A DNA stretch of 64,000 bases. Source: Desulfomonilia bacterium. GTDB lineage: Bacteria > Desulfobacterota > Desulfomonilia > UBA1062. A model generated the notes under the pieces. The model saw nothing but the letters and a program-made list of their open reading frames with translations. It had not been told where the DNA came from and ran no database searches. How positions within the stretch are numbered: the first letter of the stretch is position 1; each line of letters opens with the position of its first letter. This document shows, piece after piece, positions 19,009 to 28,320 of this stretch. The stretch is from positions 32,001 to 96,000 of the forward strand of contig JBEKDT010000002.1 in NCBI GenBank assembly GCA_050014195.1. Reading direction: 5' to 3'. The translations under genes were made by a program, and so were the position numbers.

Positions 19009-20679
19009 TCAATCCATCTTGAGCGACTGGTAAAACAGCGGGGTCGCCGGACTCGTTGCCGTCGGATCGGTCATGACATTGATGCATGAGGGTTTTCCCG
19101 ACTCAAAAGCCCGTTTTATTGCCGGTATGATATCTTCATCCTTTGTGACGAATTCACCGTAACCGCCGAGTCCTTCGACCATCTTCTCATAGTGGCGCTC
19201 ACCCAGCTCTGAACACTGGAGCCGGTCGCACCCGATGGAGAGCTCCTGGCTGTGCTTGATCATGCCCCATGCAGTATCATTATTCACCACGCACACCACC
19301 GGGATGTTGTGGCGGACCATGGTATCGAATTCCATGGCGTTGAGACCGAAAGAGCCGTCACCCTGGAGCAGCAGGACCTTCTTGTCGGGCCTGGCCAGCT
19401 TTGCCGCCATGGCAAAGGGGATCCCGGTTCCGAGGCAACCGAGCAACCCTGCAGCCGTTGCTACAACACCCGCCTTTTCCTTTGAGGTGAACCCGACGAG
19501 GCCGAAATATTGGGTATCGCCGCCGTCAATAACATAGACGGTATCATCTCCAAGGGCCTTTTGGATCTGTGCCACCAGGCGGATGGGGTGGATGGGGCTG
19601 GAAGGTGCCTCCCTCAGCTTGAGCTCGGGTTCGATAAAGGCATGGCTGGCGGCCCGTAGAGTCTTGAGCCAGGCACTGTGGTCACCTTTCTTGATGAGTG
19701 GAAGCAGCTGGTTGAGCACCGATGTCGTGTCTCCCACCAGACCTACGTCGGCAACCCTGTTCCTGTCTATCTCGTGCGGATCGATGTCGATGCGGATGAC
19801 CTTGGTCTGGGAAGGAATGATGGCACCTGACTGCAAGAGCCAGTTGAAGCGCAGACCCGCGGCAACGATGACATCCGCTTGAGTTATGCCCAGCTGCAGC
19901 CCCACGTTTCCGATATCCCACAGGGAAAGGGGATGGTTGTCCGGAAGTTCACCCCTGCCGAAGTTCATGAGGAAGAAGGGAAATCCCGACCTTTCGATAA
20001 ACTGGCTGAGCGCAATGCCGCAGCAGCTCAGGCCCACGCCGCTGCCGCCCATGAACAGGGGTTTTTTTGCAGCGTTTATGACATCGGCTGCCTGCTTTAG
20101 GTCCCACTCATCCGGGTGTACGGTGTACTTGTGCGTCATGCGTGTCTGCATGGGGGCCTTTTCCTCCGGGATCTTCACATTGAGGATATCCGGTGGCAGC
20201 TCGAGGAAGACCGGACCCGGCCTTCCTAATACGGCATGCCTGAAGGCAAGAGAGAGATATTCGGGTATCCGTTTCGTGTCATAGCAGGTCGCCGCCCATT
20301 TGGTAATGGGCTTTATTATGTCCATCTGGTTTATCTCCTGCAGGGCTCCCTTCAGATCGTCCCGCAGAGGATGCTTGCCGCACAGCACAACCAAAGGTGC
20401 ATTATCCAGGTAGGCATTGGCAATGCCGGTTACCGCGTTGGTGAATCCGGGCCCGGCCGTTACCAGGCATACGCCGGGTTTGCCGCTGTATATGGACCAG
20501 GCCTCGGCCATCATGGCTGCGGCCTGTTCATGACGCACATCGATGGTGCGGATCTTATACTCAGTAAAGCTGTCCAGGATCGCCTCGATATGGCCTCCGG
20601 ACAGACAGAAGACCGTATCGACCTTTTCCACTTCCTTCAGATATTTTCCAACCAGGTGACCGCCAAGTATCATTGCCAT
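19009..20679 (-). CDS. Thiamine-diphosphate enzyme (AHAS-like / 2-hydroxyacyl-CoA lyase-like)
   Basis: RHEQAA, TAGPGFTN, GRPGPVFL, GDGSFG...NN ThDP motif. Confidence 0.88.
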   Translation of the reverse strand: MAMILGGHLVGKYLKEVEKVDTVFCLSGGHIEAILDSFTEYKIRTIDVRHEQAAAMMAEAWSIYSGKPGVCLVTAGPGFTNAVTGIANAYLDNAPLVVLCGKHPLRDDLKGALQEINQMDIIKPITKWAATCYDTKRIPEYLSLAFRHAVLGRPGPVFLELPPDILNVKIPEEKAPMQTRMTHKYTVHPDEWDLKQAADVINAAKKPLFMGGSGVGLSCCGIALSQFIERSGFPFFLMNFGRGELPDNHPLSLWDIGNVGLQLGITQADVIVAAGLRFNWLLQSGAIIPSQTKVIRIDIDPHEIDRNRVADVGLVGDTTSVLNQLLPLIKKGDHSAWLKTLRAASHAFIEPELKLREAPSSPIHPIRLVAQIQKALGDDTVYVIDGGDTQYFGLVGFTSKEKAGVVATAAGLLGCLGTGIPFAMAAKLARPDKKVLLLQGDGSFGLNAMEFDTMVRHNIPVVCVVNNDTAWGMIKHSQELSIGCDRLQCSELGERHYEKMVEGLGGYGEFVTKDEDIIPAIKRAFESGKPSCINVMTDPTATSPATPLFYQSLKMD

Positions 20680-20767
20680 AAGTATACCCCCGAATTGTTT
20701 TTGGAACCGTTAACCTGATCTCCTGAATAAACATATGGGCCAATAGGGTGTGCGGCGCTTGGGGCAT

Positions 20768-21124
20768 CTACATGATGAGCTTCACCGCGTCGTTGAACCA
20801 CTGGATGAAATAGGCCATCCCCTCGACCTTGAGCTTGCCGTTGGCGGCAGCCAGGAATGAGGCCTCATCGGTCCCTGCGAGCATCACCTTGAAGGCGGTA
20901 TTGGGATCGGCCCAGACGAGCGCTGCATCACACTTGTGATTGGCGCCCCTTTGCGTCAATACCTTTCCTTTATCAAAGATGAAGAGCCTTCCCCTCTTCC
21001 TGTCAGCCGTCTTGATGAGAATCCGAAGCTGCAGGTTGCCTATGTAGTTCCGGAAGGCCTTGTTCGCCTTGGCAGCCCTTGAAAGCTTCAGGTATAACAC
21101 GAACAGGAGAAACGATAATTTCAT
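20768..21124 (-). CDS. SCP2-like lipid-binding small protein
   Basis: FxFDKGKV, DAALVWAD, AAANGKLKVEG resembles the SCP2 C-terminal motif. Confidence 0.55.
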   Translation of the reverse strand: MKLSFLLFVLYLKLSRAAKANKAFRNYIGNLQLRILIKTADRKRGRLFIFDKGKVLTQRGANHKCDAALVWADPNTAFKVMLAGTDEASFLAAANGKLKVEGMAYFIQWFNDAVKLIM

Positions 21125-21215
21125 GGACACCCCCTTGATCGTAGTAATGTATAGTTAAGGCAAAACACCACCCAGGTTGACCCGACTCAATGCCGGGCAG
21201 CGCATCACCTTGGTG

Positions 21216-22196
21216 TTATCTATTCCCGTAGGTCTGCTTCACCCATGCCCCTATCCTCTCCATAGCCTCAGGATAGGAGATCGTTGTTTTCCAGCCCAGT
21301 TCCCTTTTGGCCAGGGAGTTGTCAACATCAAGGTCCCTGCCTGTGATCTCAATGGACATGCGCGAAAGGGGCGGTCGTATTCCAAGCGGTGTGCAGACCA
21401 GGTCGAAAAGGCTTCCCAGCGCTCGTGCCGGCCAGTAGGGGATGCTTCCGAACGGTTTCTTCCCGATGAATGACCCGAGATCGGTGATGTACTCTTTCCA
21501 TGAGACATCCCAGTCATCCCGCAGCTGGTAGATCTTTCCCTTGCCGATGTCCTTCGTGCCGGCCAGGATGATGCCTTCCACGAGGTTGTCCACATAAATG
21601 AAACTGGAGCTGTACCGCCCCTTGTCTACGAGCGGCATGGGCATGGCCATCATCTTTTCCACGATGTCCCTCACCCATGCGCTTCCCGGGCCTGTCACAT
21701 TGGCGGGACGGATGATGGTGCACGCTATCCTGCCGCTCTTGTGAGCGCTCATCACGAGTTTTTCCGCATCGAGCTTGGCATCGTTGTACGGGATGCCGGA
21801 TTTGAAGGCCTGATCGGTCTCCTTGATGCCCTTCATATGGCGGCCGAGGCCGATAGCCGCTATGGAGCTTATATACACGAACCGTGAAGCTTTCCCTGAT
21901 ACCTCTTCCATGAGGTGAAGCGTAGCATCATAGATGGCGGTATAGAATTGCTCCCTGGTTCCCCAATCGGTGACACGGCCTGCAAGATGGAACACGATAT
22001 CGACACCATCACAGATGCCCTTGAGTGTTTCCCGCTCGGACAAATCGCCACGATAAATCTTTACCCCAAGCTGATCAAGCGCATACGTGTTTTCACCCGG
22101 AAGGACCAGAGCGCGAACCTCTATGCCCTGTTTTACCAACTCCTTTGTGAGGACTGACCCGATAAAACCTGTCGCCCCTGTGACTAATGCCTTCAT
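21216..22196 (-). CDS. Extended SDR, NAD-dependent epimerase/3beta-HSD-like
   Basis: TGATGFIG, VFHLAG, YNDAK, IRPANVTGPG, AKRELGW. Confidence 0.88.
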   Translation of the reverse strand: MKALVTGATGFIGSVLTKELVKQGIEVRALVLPGENTYALDQLGVKIYRGDLSERETLKGICDGVDIVFHLAGRVTDWGTREQFYTAIYDATLHLMEEVSGKASRFVYISSIAAIGLGRHMKGIKETDQAFKSGIPYNDAKLDAEKLVMSAHKSGRIACTIIRPANVTGPGSAWVRDIVEKMMAMPMPLVDKGRYSSSFIYVDNLVEGIILAGTKDIGKGKIYQLRDDWDVSWKEYITDLGSFIGKKPFGSIPYWPARALGSLFDLVCTPLGIRPPLSRMSIEITGRDLDVDNSLAKRELGWKTTISYPEAMERIGAWVKQTYGNR

Positions 22197-22317
22197 CACC
22201 ACCCCTATGCTTGTCTCATTAAACAACAGCGATGTCAGAAGCAATACTATGTTTCGATTACACCCCGGCAGCAATCTCAGGTCTGAGTTAAATCCTGCCC
22301 GCGGACATCATTACTGT

Positions 22318-22407
22318 ATAATATGAGTAAAGGCTCACCGTGTCAACATCAAATATGAGTAATTACTCATATTTGATGTTGACACGGTGCTCCACTGCTA
22401 TTAATCT
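22318..22407. promoter_or_regulatory. Divergent sigma70 promoters built into a perfect 54-bp palindrome (probable TetR operator)
   Basis: Palindrome at 22336-22389. TTGACA-N17-TAATCT on + and TTGACA-N17-TATTAT on -. Confidence 0.8.
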
Positions 22408-22504
22408 ACAATAATCATGCATGATATCCTCCTTTATTTTAACGAGCTTTATGAGTTAGACCCGCAAAGCATTTATCTTTTTTCATGATGAGAAAGGGGC
22501 ATCG

Positions 22505-23101
22505 ATGCGCGTCAGGGTTCCCAAGCAGAGCAGGAGCAGGGAAAGAAGATCAAGAATCATGGAAACAGCCCTGGACCTGTTCGCGAACAAGGGGATAAAC
22601 GGGACGAGTTCAAACGAGATCGCGCAGATGGCTGGCGTCTCCATCGGTACGTTCTACAGCTACTTTGAGAACAAGAAGACCCTGTTCCTCGAGATTCTGA
22701 AGAATCACCTCGATAACTTCATAACCGGCATCTACACCTTGCAGCCGGACGATTCAATCCCCTTAAGGGATCTCATCAAAGACCATATCCACAAAGGTTT
22801 CCTGACCTTTGACATCCACCCCTCTTTCCACAAGGAAGCGCTTGTTCTGAAATTCTCGGACCCTGCTGTGAGGAAGCTCTTCGACGAGGTAGAGCAGAAG
22901 CAGCTTGGCATCATCAGCTCTCTCCTCGTACCCTATTGCAAAAACAAAAACCCGCTGGCCCTTCAGGAAGTATCTAAGGTGATCCACAGTGCAGTGGAGA
23001 ACGTTGCCCATTATGTGAAGTTTCTCGATTCGCCCCTGGACAAGGACAAGCTCATCGAAGAGCTCACAGAGATGATCTACCATTATGTGAATAATCTTTA
23101 A
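22505..23101 (+). CDS. TetR/AcrR family regulator
   Basis: PKQSRSRERRSRIMETALDLF..EIAQMAGVSIGTFYSYFENK. Confidence 0.93.
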   Translation: MRVRVPKQSRSRERRSRIMETALDLFANKGINGTSSNEIAQMAGVSIGTFYSYFENKKTLFLEILKNHLDNFITGIYTLQPDDSIPLRDLIKDHIHKGFLTFDIHPSFHKEALVLKFSDPAVRKLFDEVEQKQLGIISSLLVPYCKNKNPLALQEVSKVIHSAVENVAHYVKFLDSPLDKDKLIEELTEMIYHYVNNL

Positions 23102-23190
23102 GTCAAAAAAACATCCCTTTGGTAATCAAGTCTTGATTACCATGGCATTCAGAAAAATCACCTTATTCATTAACATAGCACCACCAAGGA

Positions 23191-24132
23191 TTATTGGATG
23201 CCCTTATGCTTATTCAAGAAGGACACATAATACCCGGCTGTCTCCTTGGCCCTTTCCAGCATGGGCAAATGGCCGCAATCCTTTATGATGACTATCTCTG
23301 AATTTGGCAGTGATTTTTTCAGCACCTCTGTGGTGGACACATGGAGTATCCTGTCTTTATCCCCCCAAATCACTAATACAGGTACATTGAGCCCGGCCAG
23401 CAGAGGGTAAATGTCAGTAGATTGGGTAGTGAATTCTTTCCCAACCTTCTTGTTGAATTCACATGAGGTAATTGCCTTATCAGCAAGCACAGCGGTTATA
23501 GGCCAAGGGATGAAAGGCTGTTTGTAGAAGACGTATTTCAACAACTCGTCATATTCCTCTTTTGAGGAAGGTGTTAATGGGCTCTGCCCTTTGAGCATTG
23601 CCAGCTGGAGATCACTCGGCTGAGGAGAGACAGCCTGGAGACCGGCATTATCCACGAGGCATAGGGATATAACCTTTTGAGGGTATCGGGTAGCATAGAA
23701 TATGGAGATCCATCCACCCATGGAATTTCCTGCAAGATGAAACTTTGATATACCCAGGGTATTTACTGCCTGATCAAGGTTTGATGCCATATAGTCGATG
23801 GTGTAGGTCTGTTCGACAGATTTATCGCTATCTCCATGGCCGGGCATATCAAAGGCGATCACTCGATATTCTTTGGGTATATATCGAACGAAGCGGTTCC
23901 AGTTATCCTTGTTTGCAGTAAATCCATGGATAAGCACTATGGTTTCACCTTTACCGGGTCGCTCCAGATAGGACATGGTATGTCCATTGACGCTCACTGA
24001 CGATAACATAAGACCAGACCTGGATCGATCTGAAGAGATCATGAAATTATACATGCCCTGCTTGAATGATGCGCAGCCGAATACCAGACAGGCTATCAGA
24101 AGAGCCGGGATGATCTTAAAAATCCTTTTCAT
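23191..24132 (-). CDS. Alpha/beta-hydrolase (lipase), lipoprotein
   Basis: Lipobox LVFGC, HGFT oxyanion motif, GNSMGG nucleophile, WGDKD, CGHLPMLE. Confidence 0.88.
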   Translation of the reverse strand: MKRIFKIIPALLIACLVFGCASFKQGMYNFMISSDRSRSGLMLSSVSVNGHTMSYLERPGKGETIVLIHGFTANKDNWNRFVRYIPKEYRVIAFDMPGHGDSDKSVEQTYTIDYMASNLDQAVNTLGISKFHLAGNSMGGWISIFYATRYPQKVISLCLVDNAGLQAVSPQPSDLQLAMLKGQSPLTPSSKEEYDELLKYVFYKQPFIPWPITAVLADKAITSCEFNKKVGKEFTTQSTDIYPLLAGLNVPVLVIWGDKDRILHVSTTEVLKKSLPNSEIVIIKDCGHLPMLERAKETAGYYVSFLNKHKGIQ

Positions 24133-24241
24133 ACTCCCTCCTCAAACTCGATATTATTTTGTTAACACAAATGAATGCCCCCGAACTGTCATCTGTTTAT
24201 ATACTTTTTCTTTCATAGAGATCACTTAGCCATTGCCAGGA

Positions 24242-25489
24242 CTAGTATGCCCAATACGGACCCGGACCGGCGGGAGTATCCTTTCCCTCGATGGCAGTGT
24301 ACACAGTGCGCCCATAAAAGAAAGGCAGGCCCCAGTCAAAGCCCTCAGCGGAGCTACTCGGCCCGGCAAGGGCGCTGAAGGCATCATAATTGCTGGTTGA
24401 ACCGCTGAACATCATCGCAGCATTCCCCACGCTGAATCTGACCGTGCCACTCGTTCCGTTTGCCCCCTGGTTGGTTGCGGAAAGAATCAGTGTTTCAGAT
24501 GGACAGTAGTAGTCTGAGACATAGCCTTGCGTGCATTGATGTATTGTATTATCCAGAAAGAAATAGCCGTTTGAACCGCTATCGATAAAGCTATACGGCA
24601 TTGTTTGATTGTTATAGATCGTGGTGATGGAGTTCTGGTTGAGCGTATAAACGGCTGCGCTGCCGAGCCCGTTATTCGACTGCGTGCCAATGCCGAAGAC
24701 TAATGATCCTTTTGCCGTTGGCGCAGCATTCGAGACTGCCGGCAAGGTGATGATTACACCATTGTTGTCCTTGGGGAACAAGGCAACAGGGTTCTGCACC
24801 TGTTGAGAAAGGGCGACAGAGACCGGCCGGCAGCCGGCGGAGGAGCATTCATAATACACAGTCGACAGCAACGCCCCTCCGGAGCTCTGTGCGCATGAGT
24901 TGCCGCAATCCTGCTGTAACTGCCCTACCCCCAGTATGCCGTTGGCACCCAAGCTCTGCAGATCATCTATTTCGGGACCACCGCCACTCGAGATATCAGT
25001 TGGAATATTATTGGGATAAAAATCGTGATCGAGCACATGAATGGGCACTGAGCTCGCCGACTCACCAGCCATCTTCACATCGGCAATCTGTATGGGTCCC
25101 CAAACATAAGATCCATCCACGAATTGGACAGATTCAGCAAGGGGATTACCATCAATGGTCTGCGGCGGAAGAGAAAGTGTAAGAGCGGAAGACAACAGCA
25201 TCAATCCTACTGAGCCGGTGTCCACCAATACGCCGTCGATCGTCTGGCAGTTGGAAGTAGTGCCGGGAACACAGACTGTAACGCTGGTAAATGCAGCGTT
25301 GGGGTAGGTATTACCCGAGGAAGAATCGGCAGTCGGGCCGCCATTTACCACGATCGGCTGAACGTTTTCAGCGGAGCTCACCTTCGTATTGGATCCGCCG
25401 CCTGAGCCCCCGCCCCCGCATTCCGTGAATAATACCCACATGCCGAATACGGCCAGGATCAATGAGCCCCGGATGATGACCTTCCTCAT
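24242..25489 (-). CDS. DUF3443 family exported protein with pepsin-like aspartic protease motifs
   Basis: NPV..DNNG family motifs. LVDTGS and FIDSGS, GILGVG and WGLPFF. Signal peptide followed by CGGGG. Confidence 0.8.
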   Translation of the reverse strand: MRKVIIRGSLILAVFGMWVLFTECGGGGSGGGSNTKVSSAENVQPIVVNGGPTADSSSGNTYPNAAFTSVTVCVPGTTSNCQTIDGVLVDTGSVGLMLLSSALTLSLPPQTIDGNPLAESVQFVDGSYVWGPIQIADVKMAGESASSVPIHVLDHDFYPNNIPTDISSGGGPEIDDLQSLGANGILGVGQLQQDCGNSCAQSSGGALLSTVYYECSSAGCRPVSVALSQQVQNPVALFPKDNNGVIITLPAVSNAAPTAKGSLVFGIGTQSNNGLGSAAVYTLNQNSITTIYNNQTMPYSFIDSGSNGYFFLDNTIHQCTQGYVSDYYCPSETLILSATNQGANGTSGTVRFSVGNAAMMFSGSTSNYDAFSALAGPSSSAEGFDWGLPFFYGRTVYTAIEGKDTPAGPGPYWAY

Positions 25490-25992
25490 CGTATCTCCTC
25501 GATATTCACCCCCTTCGGCACCTGATCAGGGATGTAAGCCCTGCCGAAATACGCCCGCATATGCCCGCCGGATTGTACGACCAATCCCGGCTCCTGGATC
25601 TGGATCGGCCCGCGGATCCGGGGGCGGTTCTTGTTGCGGGTTTGCGATGCTAGTGAAAACTGGCCAAAATACCCTCCGAGGAGCTGGCGAAGATCTGGAA
25701 GAAACGGGCCCTGCCATGCCACGGCAAAAACCTTTCCCGCAGAAGAAACATATTCCCTCACCATGGTGCTGCTCGACGCCTTAATTTCGTGAACCGTGTA
25801 CAGCTCGGTGCGCGTGGTTCTCTGTACGCCCCTCATGCGTGCCTGATCGGCCTGCACCGATCCTACATTCTCTCCAAGAGCTGCTGATGCGGGGATCGGA
25901 AGAGTAAGTATACAGATAGTGGTGAAAACCAACAGCATCCCCATATTCACACAACGAATTCTGGATTGCATACCCGTACCCATCTCATACAC
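25486..25992 (-). CDS. DUF2844 family exported protein
   Basis: ASA-ALG signal, VREYV..GKVFAVAWQGP..PDLRQLLG, GGHMRAYFGRAYIP. ATGA overlap with the DUF3443 gene. Confidence 0.8.
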   Translation of the reverse strand: MYEMGTGMQSRIRCVNMGMLLVFTTICILTLPIPASAALGENVGSVQADQARMRGVQRTTRTELYTVHEIKASSSTMVREYVSSAGKVFAVAWQGPFLPDLRQLLGGYFGQFSLASQTRNKNRPRIRGPIQIQEPGLVVQSGGHMRAYFGRAYIPDQVPKGVNIEEIR

Positions 25993-26111
25993 CTACCAAT
26001 CTGCTCTTCATAACCACACTCGTCGCTGTCCTGGATAATGAAGTACTTGGTGCTTGTATGTCAAGGACGCAAAAAAGATGAATAACAAAATACCAAGTGA
26101 AAATAGTCTAT

Positions 26112-26585
26112 CTATTGTAACGGCTTCTGGTATCGCATCCGCAGGTGTCGAGGTGGTTTATTCGTGATTACTTCAGGTTGTCCGGCCCTCTTTTGATCGT
26201 TCTTTTTCTCAAGCCTGGTTACGCACTCTTCACAGATGCCGTGGCTGGATTTCAGGGAATGCATTTTCAGTGCGTATTCTTCGAAATTCACCCATTCATC
26301 ATCCACCCATACCTTCCTGCACCAGGCACAGACCCTTAAAAATCGCTCAATCCGCCTAACTCTTCGTAGTGAGATAAAAGTTATAGTGATAGCGACTATT
26401 GCAACAATTAAAACCGAGACCGTCTCCAGGATGTATTCCTGGGGCCTGTATGGTGTTTGTGGAGCCCCAAGGAAGCGGTATGGCAAATCCACAAACTCAT
26501 CAAGCCATAGGACTATGGTGACAATAATGAACAAACCTGCTTCACCTGCAATCACCATCCAGTCTTTGGATTTTAGATTTTTCAT
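26112..26585 (-). CDS. Two-TM protein with C-terminal Cys/His zinc-binding-like domain
   Basis: Two hydrophobic helices, then CAWCRKV...SHGICEEC. Confidence 0.7.
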   Translation of the reverse strand: MKNLKSKDWMVIAGEAGLFIIVTIVLWLDEFVDLPYRFLGAPQTPYRPQEYILETVSVLIVAIVAITITFISLRRVRRIERFLRVCAWCRKVWVDDEWVNFEEYALKMHSLKSSHGICEECVTRLEKKNDQKRAGQPEVITNKPPRHLRMRYQKPLQ

Positions 26586-26916
26586 GGATCTTATGCCTCA
26601 TTATTCTTATATTATTAGAGACAGACTGGTAATTATTAGGTTCATCTATAGTATAGGTACTTGTAAAAAAAACCTGTCAAGGTGATATATCCTTTCAACA
26701 GTCCATAGAGATGTTTATCCTTTCCCATTACACGGAGCAAACCAAGAACGAATCCCAAGATTGTAGGGTATGTTGATAGAGCTTCCGTTTCTTTTAAAAA
26801 AATCGGGGAGCCATTGCAGCTCCCCAAAGGGGAGGTAATTATGCGGTATAGCTTATGTATGGAGTTGGTCATTATGAGTGGTTATTCATGTTCTTTCTAG
26901 CGGTAGATTGGTCTTA

Positions 26917-27063
26917 TTATTGCTCGCCACCCCATGAACCTTGGCCTGCCTTGCCGTGTCTCTTTTTCATCATGTTGTGGAGCTGTTGAAATTGATCCGG
27001 GGTAAGGATATTTATCATCCCCTCAATTTTTGTTATGCCATTCTTCCCTTGGGCACTTTTCAT
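26917..27063 (-). CDS. 48-aa LTxxQ-motif (Spy/CpxP-like) mini-ORF or remnant
   Basis: Not in the ORF track. SD AAGGAGGG. MKSAQGKNGITKIEGMINILTPDQFQQLHNMMKKRHGKAGQGSWGGEQ. Confidence 0.55.
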   Translation of the reverse strand: MKSAQGKNGITKIEGMINILTPDQFQQLHNMMKKRHGKAGQGSWGGEQ

Positions 27064-27136
27064 ATACCCTCCTTCATGTTTCTTCTCATGTTGACTGTTA
27101 AGACGTATTGGGGACTTTATCGTTTACAAGAAGACT

Positions 27137-27151
27137 GTAAATATTTGTAAA
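27137..27151. promoter_or_regulatory. CpxR/OmpR-type direct repeat
   Basis: GTAAA-TATTT-GTAAA, matching GTAAA-N5-GTAAA, upstream of the LTxxQ ORF. Confidence 0.4.
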
Positions 27152-27338
27152 GGCATGACCTGCTTATGATTATCGAACTAAGCGAATCAGATCTTTTGGA
27201 TGCTTTGTTGAAGACAGGTCTGGATAAATTTATTATTAAAGGGTCGGGACACACATACATCAATCCCTTGAAAATCTCTCATCACCTATTAATAATAGTT
27301 GGTACCCTATACCACTTGAGAGAATATAGAGGTAATCT

Positions 27339-27737
27339 ATGATATCCATTATGAGAAATCGTATCTTAGCAGCGTTTGTAACCTTCCATATGTTCTTGTT
27401 TGTAACTTCTCCGGCTTTTGCATCCCTGATACCATCTTTGGGTTCATCGACCCAGGAAACGAGCTGTTCCCTCCAAAGAGATATGGACACGGTCCAGCAA
27501 GCCTTGGAAACAAAGATCGTGCAGGAGAAACTCAAAGCCTATGGGCTCTGTCCAGATGAGGTGGCATCGAAGCTCACCTCAATGACACCTCATCAGATCC
27601 ATTTGCTTGCCGTTGCCTCTTCCGACATTTTAACAGGTGGTGATGCCGGAACTGTCATTTTAGTTGTTGGAGTGGCCATGACGGTCTTTTTTCTCTATAC
27701 ATTTATTAATTTTCTCATGGGGAGTTCCACACAATAA
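27339..27737 (+). CDS. PA2779-family exported/membrane protein
   Basis: Signal peptide (PAFA-S), VQQALE..VQEKLKAYGL.PDEV..KL..MT...LA, GGD followed by a C-terminal TM helix. Confidence 0.7.
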   Translation: MISIMRNRILAAFVTFHMFLFVTSPAFASLIPSLGSSTQETSCSLQRDMDTVQQALETKIVQEKLKAYGLCPDEVASKLTSMTPHQIHLLAVASSDILTGGDAGTVILVVGVAMTVFFLYTFINFLMGSSTQ

Positions 27738-27939
27738 ATAGTGTAACCGTGGGGATTGATGCTGCAGATGATGATCCCTATCACAGAATCCATACTCTCA
27801 GGTCATCGGGTTATCACAGATATCTTATTACTATCTTTCAGATAAGCCATCCTTCGCTCGTTGGTTAGTTAATGAACGCAGATAGAAATTGTATTGGCCT
27901 GCCATCCGTAGCTTGCGAGTAAAACGAGCAAACGAAGGA

Positions 27940-27969
27940 TGGTGGATGCGGGGGAAATCGAACCCCCGT
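27940..27969 (-). repeat. Copy of the tmRNA 3' end (att-like)
   Basis: 28/30 identical to 30142-30171, including encoded CCA. Confidence 0.85.
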
Positions 27970-28140
27970 TATAGAGATTTTAGATCGTGATTATAATATG
28001 TTATAATCATGCTACACACGTTTTACACAAATATGGACGCGGTCAGGAACAATTATTACAATAAAAAACACCGATATAATCATCATAGGATCTAAGTATT
28101 GTCTGTTGATCTCGGCATAGCAATCAAGGACATCTTGATA

Positions 28141-28185
28141 TTTCTGCATAGTATGTCGATAAAATGTCGACATACTATGCAGAAA
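28141..28185. promoter_or_regulatory. 19-bp inverted repeat, probable AbiEi autoregulatory operator
   Basis: TTTCTGCATAGTATGTCGA-N7-TCGACATACTATGCAGAAA upstream of the antitoxin gene. Confidence 0.72.
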
Positions 28186-28320
28186 ATGATAATGAGAAAA
28201 AGGGTCAAGATTTCTCAGGTCACAAAGAGCTTACTCCATACGAGAAAGAGAAGCATAGTTCAATGGGCATCTTGTTTAATACTGATATGACCTGAGTGGG
28301 AAGGAGGAAAGATATCATCA

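Noticed and set aside
26050-26080. GGACGCAAAA as part of a c-di-GMP-I riboswitch (similarly CGCAAAGC near 61178)
   Set aside because: The upstream GGCAAAC/GNRA stem and the downstream P-stem are absent.
27986-28011. Possible dif/Xer site (TGATTATAA-tatg-TTATAATCA)
   Set aside because: Central spacer is 4 bp rather than 6 and there is no TTATGTTAAAT XerD arm. Kept only as an att-associated palindrome.
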